Below are positions 1 to 9,343 of a stretch of 49,456 nucleotides of DNA, one piece after another. The stretch is taken from the NCBI GenBank assembly GCA_002716165.1, contig PAZT01000029.1, forward strand, positions 1-49,456. The letters are read 5' to 3'. The notes beneath the pieces were generated by a model. That model saw nothing but the letters and a program-made list of their open reading frames with translations, did not search any database and was not told where the DNA came from. The position numbers and the translations under genes are program-made. The first letter of the stretch is position 1. Each line of letters opens with the position of its first letter. Source of the stretch: Deltaproteobacteria bacterium (GTDB taxonomy: Bacteria; SAR324; NAC60-12).

Positions 1-212
1 AATGTACCGTTAAGCTTTAGTACATACTCATTGATTTCTGGGATTGAATTAGGGTAATGAAAAAGGTTAGATGCAACAATAAGTTCTGCATTCTGATCTA
101 GGCTAGTAAGGAAGATTTGTACTTTAACTGATCCACTGATAATCCACCATTCCTGATTGCTAACAAATGCTTTTTCCACATCCTCGTAAATGTGAAGAAA
201 ATCGGTTATCAT
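1..212 (-). CDS. hypothetical protein, N-terminal part only (ORF runs off the left edge)
   Basis: Own minus-strand translation from ATG at 212..210: MITDFLHIYEDVEKAFVSNQEWWIISGSVKVQIFLTSLDQNAELIVASNLFHYPNSIPEINEYVLKLNGT, still open at position 1. Not in the ORF track. No family recognised. Confidence 0.3.
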   Translation of the reverse strand, partial: MITDFLHIYEDVEKAFVSNQEWWIISGSVKVQIFLTSLDQNAELIVASNLFHYPNSIPEINEYVLKLNGT

Positions 213-311
213 GGCGCTATACTTGTTCAAGTATCCTCCATACTACTAAGGTATAATTGTTGGTCGGGAATACTTTACCCTTAAAAAATCCACAATTAAA
301 ATTTGGCAGAA

Positions 312-449
312 TTATTTTTTTTCGGGCAGATAATTAAGCAATTGTGCCGCTAACCCTGCAAAGAGAAAGGTCATCACTGCACCGGGAATAGTTGCAATGA
401 AAAGAATCCAAGGGTAAAGAAAGAGATAAAAAATTTGCTCAGAAATCAT
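312..449 (-). CDS. possible small hydrophobic membrane peptide (45 aa)
   Basis: Own translation: MISEQIFYLFLYPWILFIATIPGAVMTFLFAGLAAQLLNYLPEKK, stop TAA at 314..312. GGAG lies 5 nt upstream of the ATG (minus strand, 455..458 region). Below the ORF-track size cut-off. No family recognised. Confidence 0.3.
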   Translation of the reverse strand: MISEQIFYLFLYPWILFIATIPGAVMTFLFAGLAAQLLNYLPEKK

Positions 450-740
450 ATTACTCCATTTTTATCATATTTTTGTTGTAGTTTTTAAAAAGTTTTCATT
501 TCTTTGATTGCAAGTTTAATTGCAGAATAATATCATTATTAACAAATCTTTTCAGGAATTAGTCAATATATTTCTTATAATTTGATTTAATAAAAATTGT
601 ATTATTTAAAGGGTAGTGAAACAAATATGTCCATTATTCTAAATAAATACGTATAATTGGTTTCCATCAAAAACTAGCAATTTAAAGGCTTTGGGCTATA
701 TTTATTTTATTGACCTAACTTCTTAATTGAGCTTTAATTC

Positions 741-1712
741 ATGGCAGAAAAAGAAAATACTCAATTTTCTCCTGTACAGGATATATTTATTCCCAATATT
801 AAGATTATTGGAGTAGGGGGAGCGGGAGGTAATGTTGTTTCACAGATGGCAGAAGAAAATCTTGACCAGGTTGAAACCATTATTTGCAATACAGATATTA
901 AGGCCCTCAAGCGGAACAAATCTCACAAAAAAATAGAATTAGGTAGGCTACTGACTCGCGGTATGGGTGCAGGTGCACGACCGGAGGTAGGAGAAGGAGC
1001 TGCTGAAGAGAGCATTTCTGAAATTAGTGAAGCAGTTGAAGGTGCTAACATGGTTTTTATTGCTGCTGGTATGGGTGGTGGAACTGGTACTGGAGCTGCA
1101 CCCACCATTGCAAAGATGGCAATGGAAAAGCAAATTCTTACAGTCGGAATTGTAACAATTCCTTTTTCCTTTGAAGGTACCAAAAGAAGGGACTCTGGAT
1201 TGGCGGGAGTTGAACGTCTCAGAGAATTTACAGATACACTGCTTGTAATACCAAATGATAAACTTCTTGACGCTAGTACCCAGAATACCAGTTTTCTTGA
1301 GGCATTTAATATGGTCGACATGGTGCTTATTAATGCAATTAGGGGTATTACAATTCTTCTTAGTGGAGTAGGGGATATCAATGTTGATTTTGCAGATGTT
1401 CAGACGATTATGAAGGGCATGGGAAAAGCTGTGATCGGTCGAGGAAGAGCAAAAGGGAAAGACAGGGCAATCAACGCAGTAGAAGATGCCTTGCACGGTT
1501 CACTTATGGAAGATACTGATATACGTGGTGCAAAAGGAATTCTGGTGCATGTTAATGGGCCTAAAGACACCAGCGCCTATGAAATTCAGGAAGCAATGTC
1601 TCTTATAGAGGATATGGCTGATGAAGATGTTGAACTAATATGGGGTGCCACTTTCACTAAAACAGCAGGAGATGAGGTAACCATGACTGTGATTGCAACA
1701 GGATTAACCTGA
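741..1712 (+). CDS. ftsZ: FtsZ-family tubulin-like GTPase, core domain only (323 aa, no C-terminal linker or tail)
   Basis: GVGGAGGN and GGGTGTGAAP tubulin signature motifs. T7-loop NVDFADV. Ends ...TVIATGLT, where canonical FtsZ continues into a linker and a conserved C-terminal peptide. Confidence 0.88.
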   Translation: MAEKENTQFSPVQDIFIPNIKIIGVGGAGGNVVSQMAEENLDQVETIICNTDIKALKRNKSHKKIELGRLLTRGMGAGARPEVGEGAAEESISEISEAVEGANMVFIAAGMGGGTGTGAAPTIAKMAMEKQILTVGIVTIPFSFEGTKRRDSGLAGVERLREFTDTLLVIPNDKLLDASTQNTSFLEAFNMVDMVLINAIRGITILLSGVGDINVDFADVQTIMKGMGKAVIGRGRAKGKDRAINAVEDALHGSLMEDTDIRGAKGILVHVNGPKDTSAYEIQEAMSLIEDMADEDVELIWGATFTKTAGDEVTMTVIATGLT

Positions 1713-1760
1713 CTATAGCTCTCTGTATTTTTTTAAATTGAAAAATCCAGATGATTCAAG

Positions 1761-2471
1761 ATGAGCAGAAACCCGATCAAAATTTTTCGCACTGACAACG
1801 GTCCCTGCCCTTATCTTGAAAAAAGAAATTGGCAGAACATTTCTTTCCAGACAAGTAAAATTCCTCCAGAGGGATACACATCACTTTTAAATCAGGGTTT
1901 TCGAAGGAGTGGATTCACTATATACCACCCGGTTTGTTTCAGTTGCCAAGAATGCATTCCAATACGAATAGACGCGCTAAATTTCAATAAAAATAAGGGA
2001 CAGCGTCGTACTTGGAGAAAAAATACTGATCTTCGTGTTGAACATCAAAAACCTGAATTTAATAAAGAAGATTTTGCTCTTTACAGTCGTTATCAGAATG
2101 AGTGGCACAAAACAAAGGTAAAAATTAAGGAGCATGAGTATCTTGATTTTTTGATAGACTCACCAGTAACTACTGAAATTATGCGCTATTATTTAGAAGA
2201 TAAGCTGATCGGCCTAGGATGGGTAGATCGTCTTCCGAAACTTCTAAGTTCAGTTTATTTTGTTTTTGATCCGGATTATGTTTCTAGAAGAATGGGCGTT
2301 TTTTCTCTTCTTTATGAAATAGAATATGCTCGCAGGCTTGATTTAAGATGGTTATACTTGGGGTATTGGGTAAAAAGGTCAGCCAAGATGAATTACAAGG
2401 CAGATTTTCAACCAGCGGAGTTACTGAGTGATTCCAAATGGATTCCCTTCAATTCATACTCTTCAAAATAG
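1761..2471 (+). CDS. bpt: aspartate/glutamate leucyltransferase (bacterial arginyl-tRNA-protein transferase homologue, N-end rule)
   Basis: CPYL, GFRRSG, C..C..C...R and WLYLGYW...MNYK motifs typical of the ATE/Bpt family. Size is right at 236 aa. Confidence 0.85.
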   Translation: MSRNPIKIFRTDNGPCPYLEKRNWQNISFQTSKIPPEGYTSLLNQGFRRSGFTIYHPVCFSCQECIPIRIDALNFNKNKGQRRTWRKNTDLRVEHQKPEFNKEDFALYSRYQNEWHKTKVKIKEHEYLDFLIDSPVTTEIMRYYLEDKLIGLGWVDRLPKLLSSVYFVFDPDYVSRRMGVFSLLYEIEYARRLDLRWLYLGYWVKRSAKMNYKADFQPAELLSDSKWIPFNSYSSK

Positions 2472-2493
2472 TTATAAGTTTCGACAATAGAAA

Positions 2494-2982
2494 ATGAATA
2501 ATACCAGCAAGGGATTTACTCATATCAAAAAGAATGACTTGCCGAATATGGTTGACGTTTCAGACAAATCTGTTACCGAGCGTAAAGCTGTAGCTATGGC
2601 ACGTATTCATCTGGGAAATGAACTTGCGGAATTGCTAAAAGAGTTGGGAAGAACAAAAAAAGGACCAGTTCTTCAGACAGCAGTAATTGGAGGGATTCAG
2701 GGTGGTAAGCGTACGTCTGAACTTATACCTATGTGCCACCCAGTGCCACTATCCTCTATGAATGTGGATATTGAATTGGAAGGTGAGTATGCTTTAATAA
2801 AGGCAACAGCAAAAACCAAATCACGAACAGGAGTTGAAATGGAGGCTCTCACTGCTGTTTCAGTTGCTGCTTTAACATTTTATGATATGTGTAAGTCTGT
2901 TACAAAAAGTATGAAAATTGAGTGTGTATATCTGCTGGAAAAATCAGGGGGTAAATCTGGTGACTACCAGGTTAAAAAATGA
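2494..2982 (+). CDS. moaC: cyclic pyranopterin monophosphate synthase MoaC
   Basis: 162 aa. THI..........MVDVS.K..T.R.A.A, LIPMCHP and GVEMEALTA.SVAALT.YDM.K motifs. Confidence 0.93.
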   Translation: MNNTSKGFTHIKKNDLPNMVDVSDKSVTERKAVAMARIHLGNELAELLKELGRTKKGPVLQTAVIGGIQGGKRTSELIPMCHPVPLSSMNVDIELEGEYALIKATAKTKSRTGVEMEALTAVSVAALTFYDMCKSVTKSMKIECVYLLEKSGGKSGDYQVKK

Positions 2983-3011
2983 CGGCTAAAATAAATAATA
3001 ATAATTTTTAA

Positions 3012-3338
3012 TTAATTTTGGAAAGAAACAGGTTGCCCAAGGTTGTCTGAGAGCAAGTTTGCAAGACACGCGAAAAATTCTTGTTTTTCAGCTCTTGCGA
3101 ACCATATCTCCTGATCAGATAAAAACTGGAAATGCCATGCCCTTGAATTACCTGCGAGCCAGATTTCCTTAATTGCACGCTGAGTATTTATTACAACTTT
3201 TTTTCCACTACTTTCAAAGTTAAGTACAAGTTTGTCAGGAGTATGATCGTAGTCGATATAATCTTCGTAGTCGTCCAGTTTATCCTCTACTCTCTGAAAT
3301 AATTCCTCGGCTTTTTTTAAATATTCTTTATTTTCCAT
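3012..3338 (-). CDS. cyaY: iron donor protein CyaY (frataxin homologue)
   Basis: 108 aa, collinear with E. coli CyaY: acidic N-terminal helix (RVEDKLDDYEDYIDYD), VINTQ....IWLA.....HF, ending PVSFQN. Confidence 0.85.
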   Translation of the reverse strand: MENKEYLKKAEELFQRVEDKLDDYEDYIDYDHTPDKLVLNFESSGKKVVINTQRAIKEIWLAGNSRAWHFQFLSDQEIWFARAEKQEFFACLANLLSDNLGQPVSFQN

Positions 3339-3513
3339 CTTTTTTATTGCAGGCAGATTGAGATTGAGAAAAAATGTAAACTTATACGTATCCTATTACT
3401 TGTGGCTTGATAGTCAATACAAAAACCTTCTCTTTAAATTTGCGTTTTCGGCACTTTTGTTTTCAAAATAAGTATCTTTATCTTACTAAAATCAGCATTA
3501 ACCAAAAATTAAT

Positions 3514-6500
3514 ATGCAAATGAAATTTTTACTCAAATTAATTCTGTTTTTTTGTTTTTTAGCATTTGGTCCCTCTTCTGTAGTTGCTCAAGCACTTGAA
3601 ACCACTGATTCAAGATATCCTGAACGCAAGTACAGGAGATTTCTTCTTCCTAATAAAATGAAAGTTATGCTGATTTCAGATAAAACTTTGCAACGTGGGG
3701 CAGCTTCGATGACAGTCTCGGTGGGCTCAATGAGCGATCCTGATAACCGTTATGGTATGGCACATTTTTTAGAACACATGCTTTTTTTGGGAACAGAGAA
3801 ATACCCTGATGAGGGTAGCTACCAGAAGTTTGTCTCGATACATGATGGATTTAGCAATGCCTACACCGCAGATGACCGTACAAACTATCATTTTGAGATT
3901 GCATCAGATTATTTAGATGAAGGTCTGGACAGATTTTCCCAATTCTTCATAGGGCCGTTGTTTAATCAGGGACTGATTGAAAGAGAGCTTAAAGCTGTGA
4001 ATTCAGAACACTCCAAAAATATTCCTAACGATTACCGCAGAATAAGTCAGGTTAAACGTAAGGCTTTTGTGGAAAATCACCCTGCCAGAAATTTTGCTAC
4101 AGGTTCACTCGATACACTAGCAGAAGTTACAAGGAAAGAATTACTTACCTTTTATAATAATCATTATTCAAGCAACCGCATGATGCTTGCCGTTGCTGGG
4201 CCTCAAGATCTAGATATTCTTCAGAAATTAGTAGTCCCAAGATTTGCTTTAGTAAAAAACCTCAACTTAAATCAAATTAAGTTTTCATCTAAATATATGA
4301 ATTCAACTAATCTTTTTCGTCTAATGCAAGTCAAGACTATAAAGGACTCAAGATCCCTGACATTGATGTTTGCATTACCAAAAACACTTCATTATTACAA
4401 AAGTCAGCCACTGGGCATGCTCGGTTTTTTGCTTGGACATGAAGGCAAAGGGAGCTTGCTTTCTCTTCTAAAAAGAAAAAATTTTGCAACAGGACTTTCT
4501 GCAGGTGGTGGAGAGTCAAATAATTCATTTTCCAGTTTTGAAGTAAGAATTCAACTCACGCCAAAAGGTCTCAGCAATTATAAAAAAATTATCGAAAATG
4601 TTTTCCAATATCTTAGTCTACTTCGTAAAACAGGATTACCCCCTTATGTTTATGAAGAGGTAAAAAGAATGTCGAAGCTCGATTATAGGTTTTCTGAAAA
4701 ACCTGAAGGTACCTCTTTGGTCAATGTATTTTCAACATTGATGATGTACTATCCTTTTAGAACATTAGAAATTGATCCATACATTATTACAGATTTTAAA
4801 CCAAGGATATTTGACAATATTCTTTACAGTTTAAGTCCTAATAACATGCTCGCTATATTAGCTGCGCGTGACTTAAAAACAAGTATGAAGGAAGAGTTTT
4901 ATGGAGTTGAATATGACCTGACTTATACTAATCCTAAATTATTTAAGAAATGGCGAAATGCTAAAACTAATAATTTTCTTAAACTCCCAGAACCAAACAT
5001 TTTCCTGCCAGAGGTTCTTGATATTCTTCCTTACAAAGGTAGGATAAAGTTGACTCATCAAACTATGAAAGGACTCGAGCAGGAAGGTATAAGTAAAAAA
5101 TTGCTAAAAAAATTAGAATCGTCAAATGGAAAATTTTGGAGTTCTCTGGATGAATTGTTTAGTTATGTTGAAGCTTCTTCTGGAACAGAAAATTTAAACG
5201 ATCAACGTGAATTATTACGAAAACATGTAATTGGAGACCCTGAGGTTTTAAAGGATGATATGTATGGAAAAATCTGGTTCCAGCAGGATTTTCGTTTCGA
5301 AACTCCAAAAGCGTATCTGAAATTTAGAATAAACACACCTAAAGTATATTCTTCTCCTCGAAAAGCAGTATTATCCCAGCTTTATGTTGATGCCATTAGT
5401 GAAGGACTTAATGAATTTGGATATCCAGTTAGGCTGGCTGGATTGGAATATGGTATTAATGTGGACAAAAAAGGTATAATTCTTACTTTTAGTGGATATT
5501 CAGACAGAATACTTGAACTGATAAAAAAAGTTTCAGGTCTTTTAAAGGAAATAACTGTTGATAAAAAAACATTCAATACTCTCAGGGAGGTTCGAGGACG
5601 TCGTTATCAAAATTTTCATTTTAAGCAACCATTTCAGCAGGCATTTTATTATAGAAGCCTGTTACTCGAAGAGAGAAAATTCTCCATCATGGATTATGAA
5701 AAAGTGATTAAGAAAATAAGTTTGAATGATTTGAAAAAATTTGCAAAAAAAATTTATGATCAAATTTATATTGAGGGTCTTGCCTATGGTAATCTAAGCA
5801 GGGCTTCTGTAATAGAAGCCACTAGAGTTTTAAGAGAAAAACTTTCGGGCAAATCTTTGTCAAAAAAAGAGTTTTTTCACGAAAGTGTTTTACAGCTTCA
5901 AGTTGGTAAATCTCATTCTTTCACACGCAAAATGCATGTTGAAAACTCTGCGTTGGTTATGGAAAATCAGGTTGGACAAATAAGTCCTAAACTTCAAGGG
6001 GTATTACTTTTGATAGACAATCTGTTGCAACCTCAATTTTATAATGAACTCAGAACAGGACAACAACTGGGATACATTGTTAATTCAGGCATAACATTAT
6101 TGGATACAACTTTGGGTTTAATATTTATTGTTCAATCTGGTGAGTACAATACAGAAATTCTTGAAAAAAGGATCGATACTTTCCTTTTGAAATTTTTTAA
6201 TTCATTAAAGGAACTTTCAGATACAGAATTTTCCAAAATTAAAAAATCAGTTTTGCATAGCAAATTGTTGAAAAGAAATTCTATTTCTGGTGAGGCTGAA
6301 AGACTGTTTTCTATAGCCTTCGAACGAAACGCTGAATTTGATTTAAATAGTGAAAATATTAAAGCAATAGAACAACTTAAGATTGAGGATATTATTCAAG
6401 TTGTTGACACTTATTTTTTGCCTTCAAAACAACGTAGACTTATTTTAAGAATGAGTGGAAAAAATCATCACGAAGGTCAATCTGGAGGTGAACCTATAGC

Positions 6501-6555
6501 TTCAATCAGTGGATTCAAAAATCTTTATTCATGTCCTATAAATTGTCTTCCTTAA
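3514..6555 (+). CDS. secreted M16A zinc metallopeptidase (insulinase/pitrilysin-like)
   Basis: 1013 aa. N-terminal signal peptide (LILFFCFLAFGPSSVVAQA). Inverted zinc motif HFLEHMLFLGTEKYP (HxxEH) with downstream NAYT..D.T.Y. Confidence 0.9.
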   Translation: MQMKFLLKLILFFCFLAFGPSSVVAQALETTDSRYPERKYRRFLLPNKMKVMLISDKTLQRGAASMTVSVGSMSDPDNRYGMAHFLEHMLFLGTEKYPDEGSYQKFVSIHDGFSNAYTADDRTNYHFEIASDYLDEGLDRFSQFFIGPLFNQGLIERELKAVNSEHSKNIPNDYRRISQVKRKAFVENHPARNFATGSLDTLAEVTRKELLTFYNNHYSSNRMMLAVAGPQDLDILQKLVVPRFALVKNLNLNQIKFSSKYMNSTNLFRLMQVKTIKDSRSLTLMFALPKTLHYYKSQPLGMLGFLLGHEGKGSLLSLLKRKNFATGLSAGGGESNNSFSSFEVRIQLTPKGLSNYKKIIENVFQYLSLLRKTGLPPYVYEEVKRMSKLDYRFSEKPEGTSLVNVFSTLMMYYPFRTLEIDPYIITDFKPRIFDNILYSLSPNNMLAILAARDLKTSMKEEFYGVEYDLTYTNPKLFKKWRNAKTNNFLKLPEPNIFLPEVLDILPYKGRIKLTHQTMKGLEQEGISKKLLKKLESSNGKFWSSLDELFSYVEASSGTENLNDQRELLRKHVIGDPEVLKDDMYGKIWFQQDFRFETPKAYLKFRINTPKVYSSPRKAVLSQLYVDAISEGLNEFGYPVRLAGLEYGINVDKKGIILTFSGYSDRILELIKKVSGLLKEITVDKKTFNTLREVRGRRYQNFHFKQPFQQAFYYRSLLLEERKFSIMDYEKVIKKISLNDLKKFAKKIYDQIYIEGLAYGNLSRASVIEATRVLREKLSGKSLSKKEFFHESVLQLQVGKSHSFTRKMHVENSALVMENQVGQISPKLQGVLLLIDNLLQPQFYNELRTGQQLGYIVNSGITLLDTTLGLIFIVQSGEYNTEILEKRIDTFLLKFFNSLKELSDTEFSKIKKSVLHSKLLKRNSISGEAERLFSIAFERNAEFDLNSENIKAIEQLKIEDIIQVVDTYFLPSKQRRLILRMSGKNHHEGQSGGEPIASISGFKNLYSCPINCLP

Positions 6556-6722
6556 TCAACTATCAATAATGATTTTTATAGCAAAAAAATAAAAATTAAT
6601 TAAAAAGTTTCTACTAATTCATTTCCTGAAACATGGTCAATGAATCTTTAAGATAAGTAAGCGTGTAAAAGATTTTCTTTTGTGGTATGAACTTTGCGAG
6701 TACTTTTTTTGGATGGTAATGA

Positions 6723-7076
6723 TTGATTACAACATTAAAATATTTCAGGAGAATGAGTACTAAAAACAGAATTAACTTGGAAGTCGACCAGCATAGCCGT
6801 GTTGCGATTAAAGATGTTATAAGTCTGCTGAAGGGACTTCGAAGCGACGCTGTTATAAAGATCGTTCAGTCATCGGATTTGACTACTGAATCACATAAGT
6901 TAAATTCCAATGTAGAATTAGTTAAAAAGCCTCAGGATAATATTTCAACTCAGGACTCATTTAAAAAATCTCCATTAGTTAAAGGTAATACTATGTTGCC
7001 TCAAATTCGTGAATTGAACGAAATTGCTGGGCTACTTAGGAGCATGGATATGCAACAAACACAGACATCTTCCTAG
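6723..7076 (+). CDS. hypothetical protein (start uncertain: TTG at 6723 or ATG at 6753, MSTKN...)
   Basis: ORF only. No motif recognised. Its 3' end overlaps the converging gene by 4 nt. Confidence 0.35.
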   Translation: MITTLKYFRRMSTKNRINLEVDQHSRVAIKDVISLLKGLRSDAVIKIVQSSDLTTESHKLNSNVELVKKPQDNISTQDSFKKSPLVKGNTMLPQIRELNEIAGLLRSMDMQQTQTSS

Positions 7077-7696
7077 ATTATACCTAATTGTTTGAGCCGT
7101 TTCTTGTAGGAAATTATAGCATTTTGAGGAATTGATAGACCAGCTTCGCTTGCAGTGGCACTAATTTTTTTTGCAGAAGAGAATGGTTGTTCGCGCAAAA
7201 TTTCGAATAAAAAACTCAAACTCTCAGTATCAAGTTTGCTGTGAGGAGGTGTTGTAATTTGTTCAATTGTATTAATGCTGGTGTTATATGCACTAGCAAC
7301 TTCTCTCCAGTTATTTTCATCAAGAAGTTCAAGTATTTCCCTCTTTTCTACTTTACTTATTTGATTAAGCCCTCTTAGGACAGTTACACCACTTAGTTTG
7401 CACCATCTTTTTAATGTTATTTCTGTTACGCCTACTTCGGAGCAGATATCTTCTAAAGATTCTCCCGCTCCAATTCTGCCTACTAATAATTCACGTTCAT
7501 GATTAGTGAATTGGCGAATTTTTCTAGTCTTTGTTTGTTTATTATCTGATGCTAGTTTCCTATAAATAGATTTAACTTCAGAAATTTTTATACCAAATAT
7601 TTCTGCTACTTCATCAATATTTTTGCCCTTATCAAGTTCAATTGCGACTTGGATTGTCATTAGCTCTTGAATATTTTTATTTATTGATTTTGACAT
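7073..7696 (-). CDS. DNA-binding protein built from four tandem helix-turn-helix repeats
   Basis: Four HTH-like units: IDEVAEIFGIKISEVKSIYRKL, LEDICSEVGVTEITLKRWCKLSG, WREVASAYNTSINTIEQI and AKKISATASEAGLSIPQNAIISYKKRL. ATG at 7696 preferred over the TTG at 7711. Confidence 0.6.
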   Translation of the reverse strand: MSKSINKNIQELMTIQVAIELDKGKNIDEVAEIFGIKISEVKSIYRKLASDNKQTKTRKIRQFTNHERELLVGRIGAGESLEDICSEVGVTEITLKRWCKLSGVTVLRGLNQISKVEKREILELLDENNWREVASAYNTSINTIEQITTPPHSKLDTESLSFLFEILREQPFSSAKKISATASEAGLSIPQNAIISYKKRLKQLGII

Positions 7697-7772
7697 TATA
7701 AAAAGTCTCAAAATTAGAAAAAATTTTTAATTTGTAATGGTATCATTTAAATAAAATATTTTTTTATACATG

Positions 7773-7789
7773 GTCAAGACATTCTTGAC
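7773..7789. promoter_or_regulatory. perfect 7-3-7 inverted repeat (gtcaaga cat tcttgac) overlapping a TTGACA -35-like hexamer; candidate operator
   Basis: Read directly in the divergent intergenic region between the 4xHTH gene and the TerB-like gene. The left half is part of the 10-mer acatggtcaa, which recurs at 6631-6640. Confidence 0.3.
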
Positions 7790-7877
7790 AAGATGTGCTT
7801 CCTTTGCAATGCTGAAATTATATTTTGTATAAATACAGCTCATTAAAAAAATTAATTTGTTTTATGGAGTAAGATTT

Positions 7878-8360
7878 ATGAAGGAAAATTATAATTCGAT
7901 CATAGAATTTCGGATAATTCCAGAGTGTCTTGAAAAAATAAGCGAAGACGGTAAAGTTTGGTTAGCATTAGCAATATCAAATATCCTTATTTCTGATAAG
8001 GAACTTGCTCCAGAAGAGAAAGGTTACTTCAAAGACGCACTAATGATGGTTGAAAATGAAGACTTGCGGAAACAATTACTTGAAGCAATTGAAAACCGAG
8101 AAATTTTGGAAATGGTAGATTTGACTGAGGATCGAGAGTTTGCGGGGCATTTTTTCTTCTTTTTGGGGATGCTAATTGCTGCAGATGGAAAGATAAAAAA
8201 TTCTGAAGTAAAAATGCTTTCAATAATTTGTAGGAAGCTTGGTTTCCCTAAAGATTATTCAAAAATGGTGCTGAGTTGGGTTTCTGAATTGATAAAGCTC
8301 AATAATGATAGGAACAGGATAATTGAAAAACTTAAAGAATTAAAACCAGTATTTGTATAA
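7878..8360 (+). CDS. TerB-like (tellurite-resistance TerB / DjlA N-domain-like) protein
   Basis: LIAADGKIKNSEVKMLSIICRKLGF resembles the TerB-family A.ADG....E...L repeat. GGAG at 7866-7869 lies 8 nt before the ATG at 7878; the track ORF starts at a TTG at 7857. Confidence 0.45.
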   Translation: MKENYNSIIEFRIIPECLEKISEDGKVWLALAISNILISDKELAPEEKGYFKDALMMVENEDLRKQLLEAIENREILEMVDLTEDREFAGHFFFFLGMLIAADGKIKNSEVKMLSIICRKLGFPKDYSKMVLSWVSELIKLNNDRNRIIEKLKELKPVFV

Positions 8361-8410
8361 TTTTAAATATTTAAATTCGAAATAATTATAAATTTTCTAG
8401 TGAGTTTTTA

Positions 8411-9340
8411 ATGTCTCTTTTAATTTGTTTACCAAATAAATTTCAACCTCAATTATTAAGCAATGCCCTAAAATCGCTTGATTCTGAGTTACATATTGAA
8501 ATTGGTAAGGAGCATGTAAAAAATAATTCATCAGTAGAATTTGCTGTAGACTGGAAAAATCATGAGGGACACTTACTTAATTATCCAAATTTGAAAGCAA
8601 TTCTATCTTATAGCCATGGGGTAGATAATTTATTATCAAGTACTGAACTGCCGCAAGGGATACCCATTGCACGATTAAAAGATGAAACAATGGCAAAATT
8701 GATGAGTGAGTATTTACTGGCGGTTGTACTTCTCCATCGAAGACAATTACTTAATTATGCTAAAAATCCAGAATTCAGTAACTGGGGTACATCCAAATAT
8801 CATCCAGGTAACCAAATTGGAATTCTTGGTTTGGGTTATTTAGGACAGGCATCAGCAAAAATGTTTCTAAGAATGGGATTTGATGTCGCTGGATGGAGCA
8901 GAAGAATTAAGCAAATTGAAGGAATAAAGTGTTTTTCAGAAACCAAAAGTCTCTTAAAAATGCTCTCACAAACTGATTATCTAATCAATTTATTGCCTAA
9001 TACTTCTGACACGCTTGATTTTTTGAATTATCAAATCTTAAGTATGCTCAAAAGAGGTGCATATGTTATTAATGTCGGTCGTGGGAAAACACTTGTTGAT
9101 GAAGATCTGATTGAGTTACTGGATAGTGGTCATCTCTCTGGGGCCTGTCTTGATGTATTCCGGACTGAACCATTGCCTTTTAAACATAAATTTAGAAATC
9201 ACAACAAGATTCTTATAACACCACACAACTCTAGCATTACTCAAGCAGAGTTTGCTGCTCCACAAATCCTTGAAAATTATAGAAGAGCTATATCTGGGAA
9301 AAAACTTTTACACCTAGTTGACATGAAACATGGCTATTAA
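8411..9340 (+). CDS. ghrA: NAD(P)-dependent 2-hydroxyacid dehydrogenase, glyoxylate/hydroxypyruvate reductase A-like
   Basis: GILGLGYLGQ Rossmann motif, INLLPNT, ARG/GRG...D...L, LDVF..EPLP, ITPH. Collinear with E. coli GhrA through to the C-terminal ...GY. Confidence 0.82.
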   Translation: MSLLICLPNKFQPQLLSNALKSLDSELHIEIGKEHVKNNSSVEFAVDWKNHEGHLLNYPNLKAILSYSHGVDNLLSSTELPQGIPIARLKDETMAKLMSEYLLAVVLLHRRQLLNYAKNPEFSNWGTSKYHPGNQIGILGLGYLGQASAKMFLRMGFDVAGWSRRIKQIEGIKCFSETKSLLKMLSQTDYLINLLPNTSDTLDFLNYQILSMLKRGAYVINVGRGKTLVDEDLIELLDSGHLSGACLDVFRTEPLPFKHKFRNHNKILITPHNSSITQAEFAAPQILENYRRAISGKKLLHLVDMKHGY

Positions 9341-9343
9341 CTC

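Noticed and set aside
923-1496. Two long minus-strand ORFs (152 and 182 aa) inside ftsZ. Similar antisense or out-of-frame ORFs occur throughout the track, for example at 4337-4528, 5382-5576, 8029-8223, 11871-12325, 12717-12935, 14187-14376, 15538-15795, 16495-16701, 24098-24748, 25364-25639, 32778-34823, 35503-35984, 36023-36313, 36270-37074, 37741-38163, 39050-39307, 40344-40574, 43460-43681, 44280-44528, 46574-46858, 47423-47701, 47993-48190 and 48629-49033.
   Set aside because: They lie entirely within, or substantially overlap, strongly supported genes. They have low-complexity or biased translations (Ser/Pro/Ile-rich shadows of Gly/Ala or Lys-rich frames) and no motifs. They are shadow ORFs.
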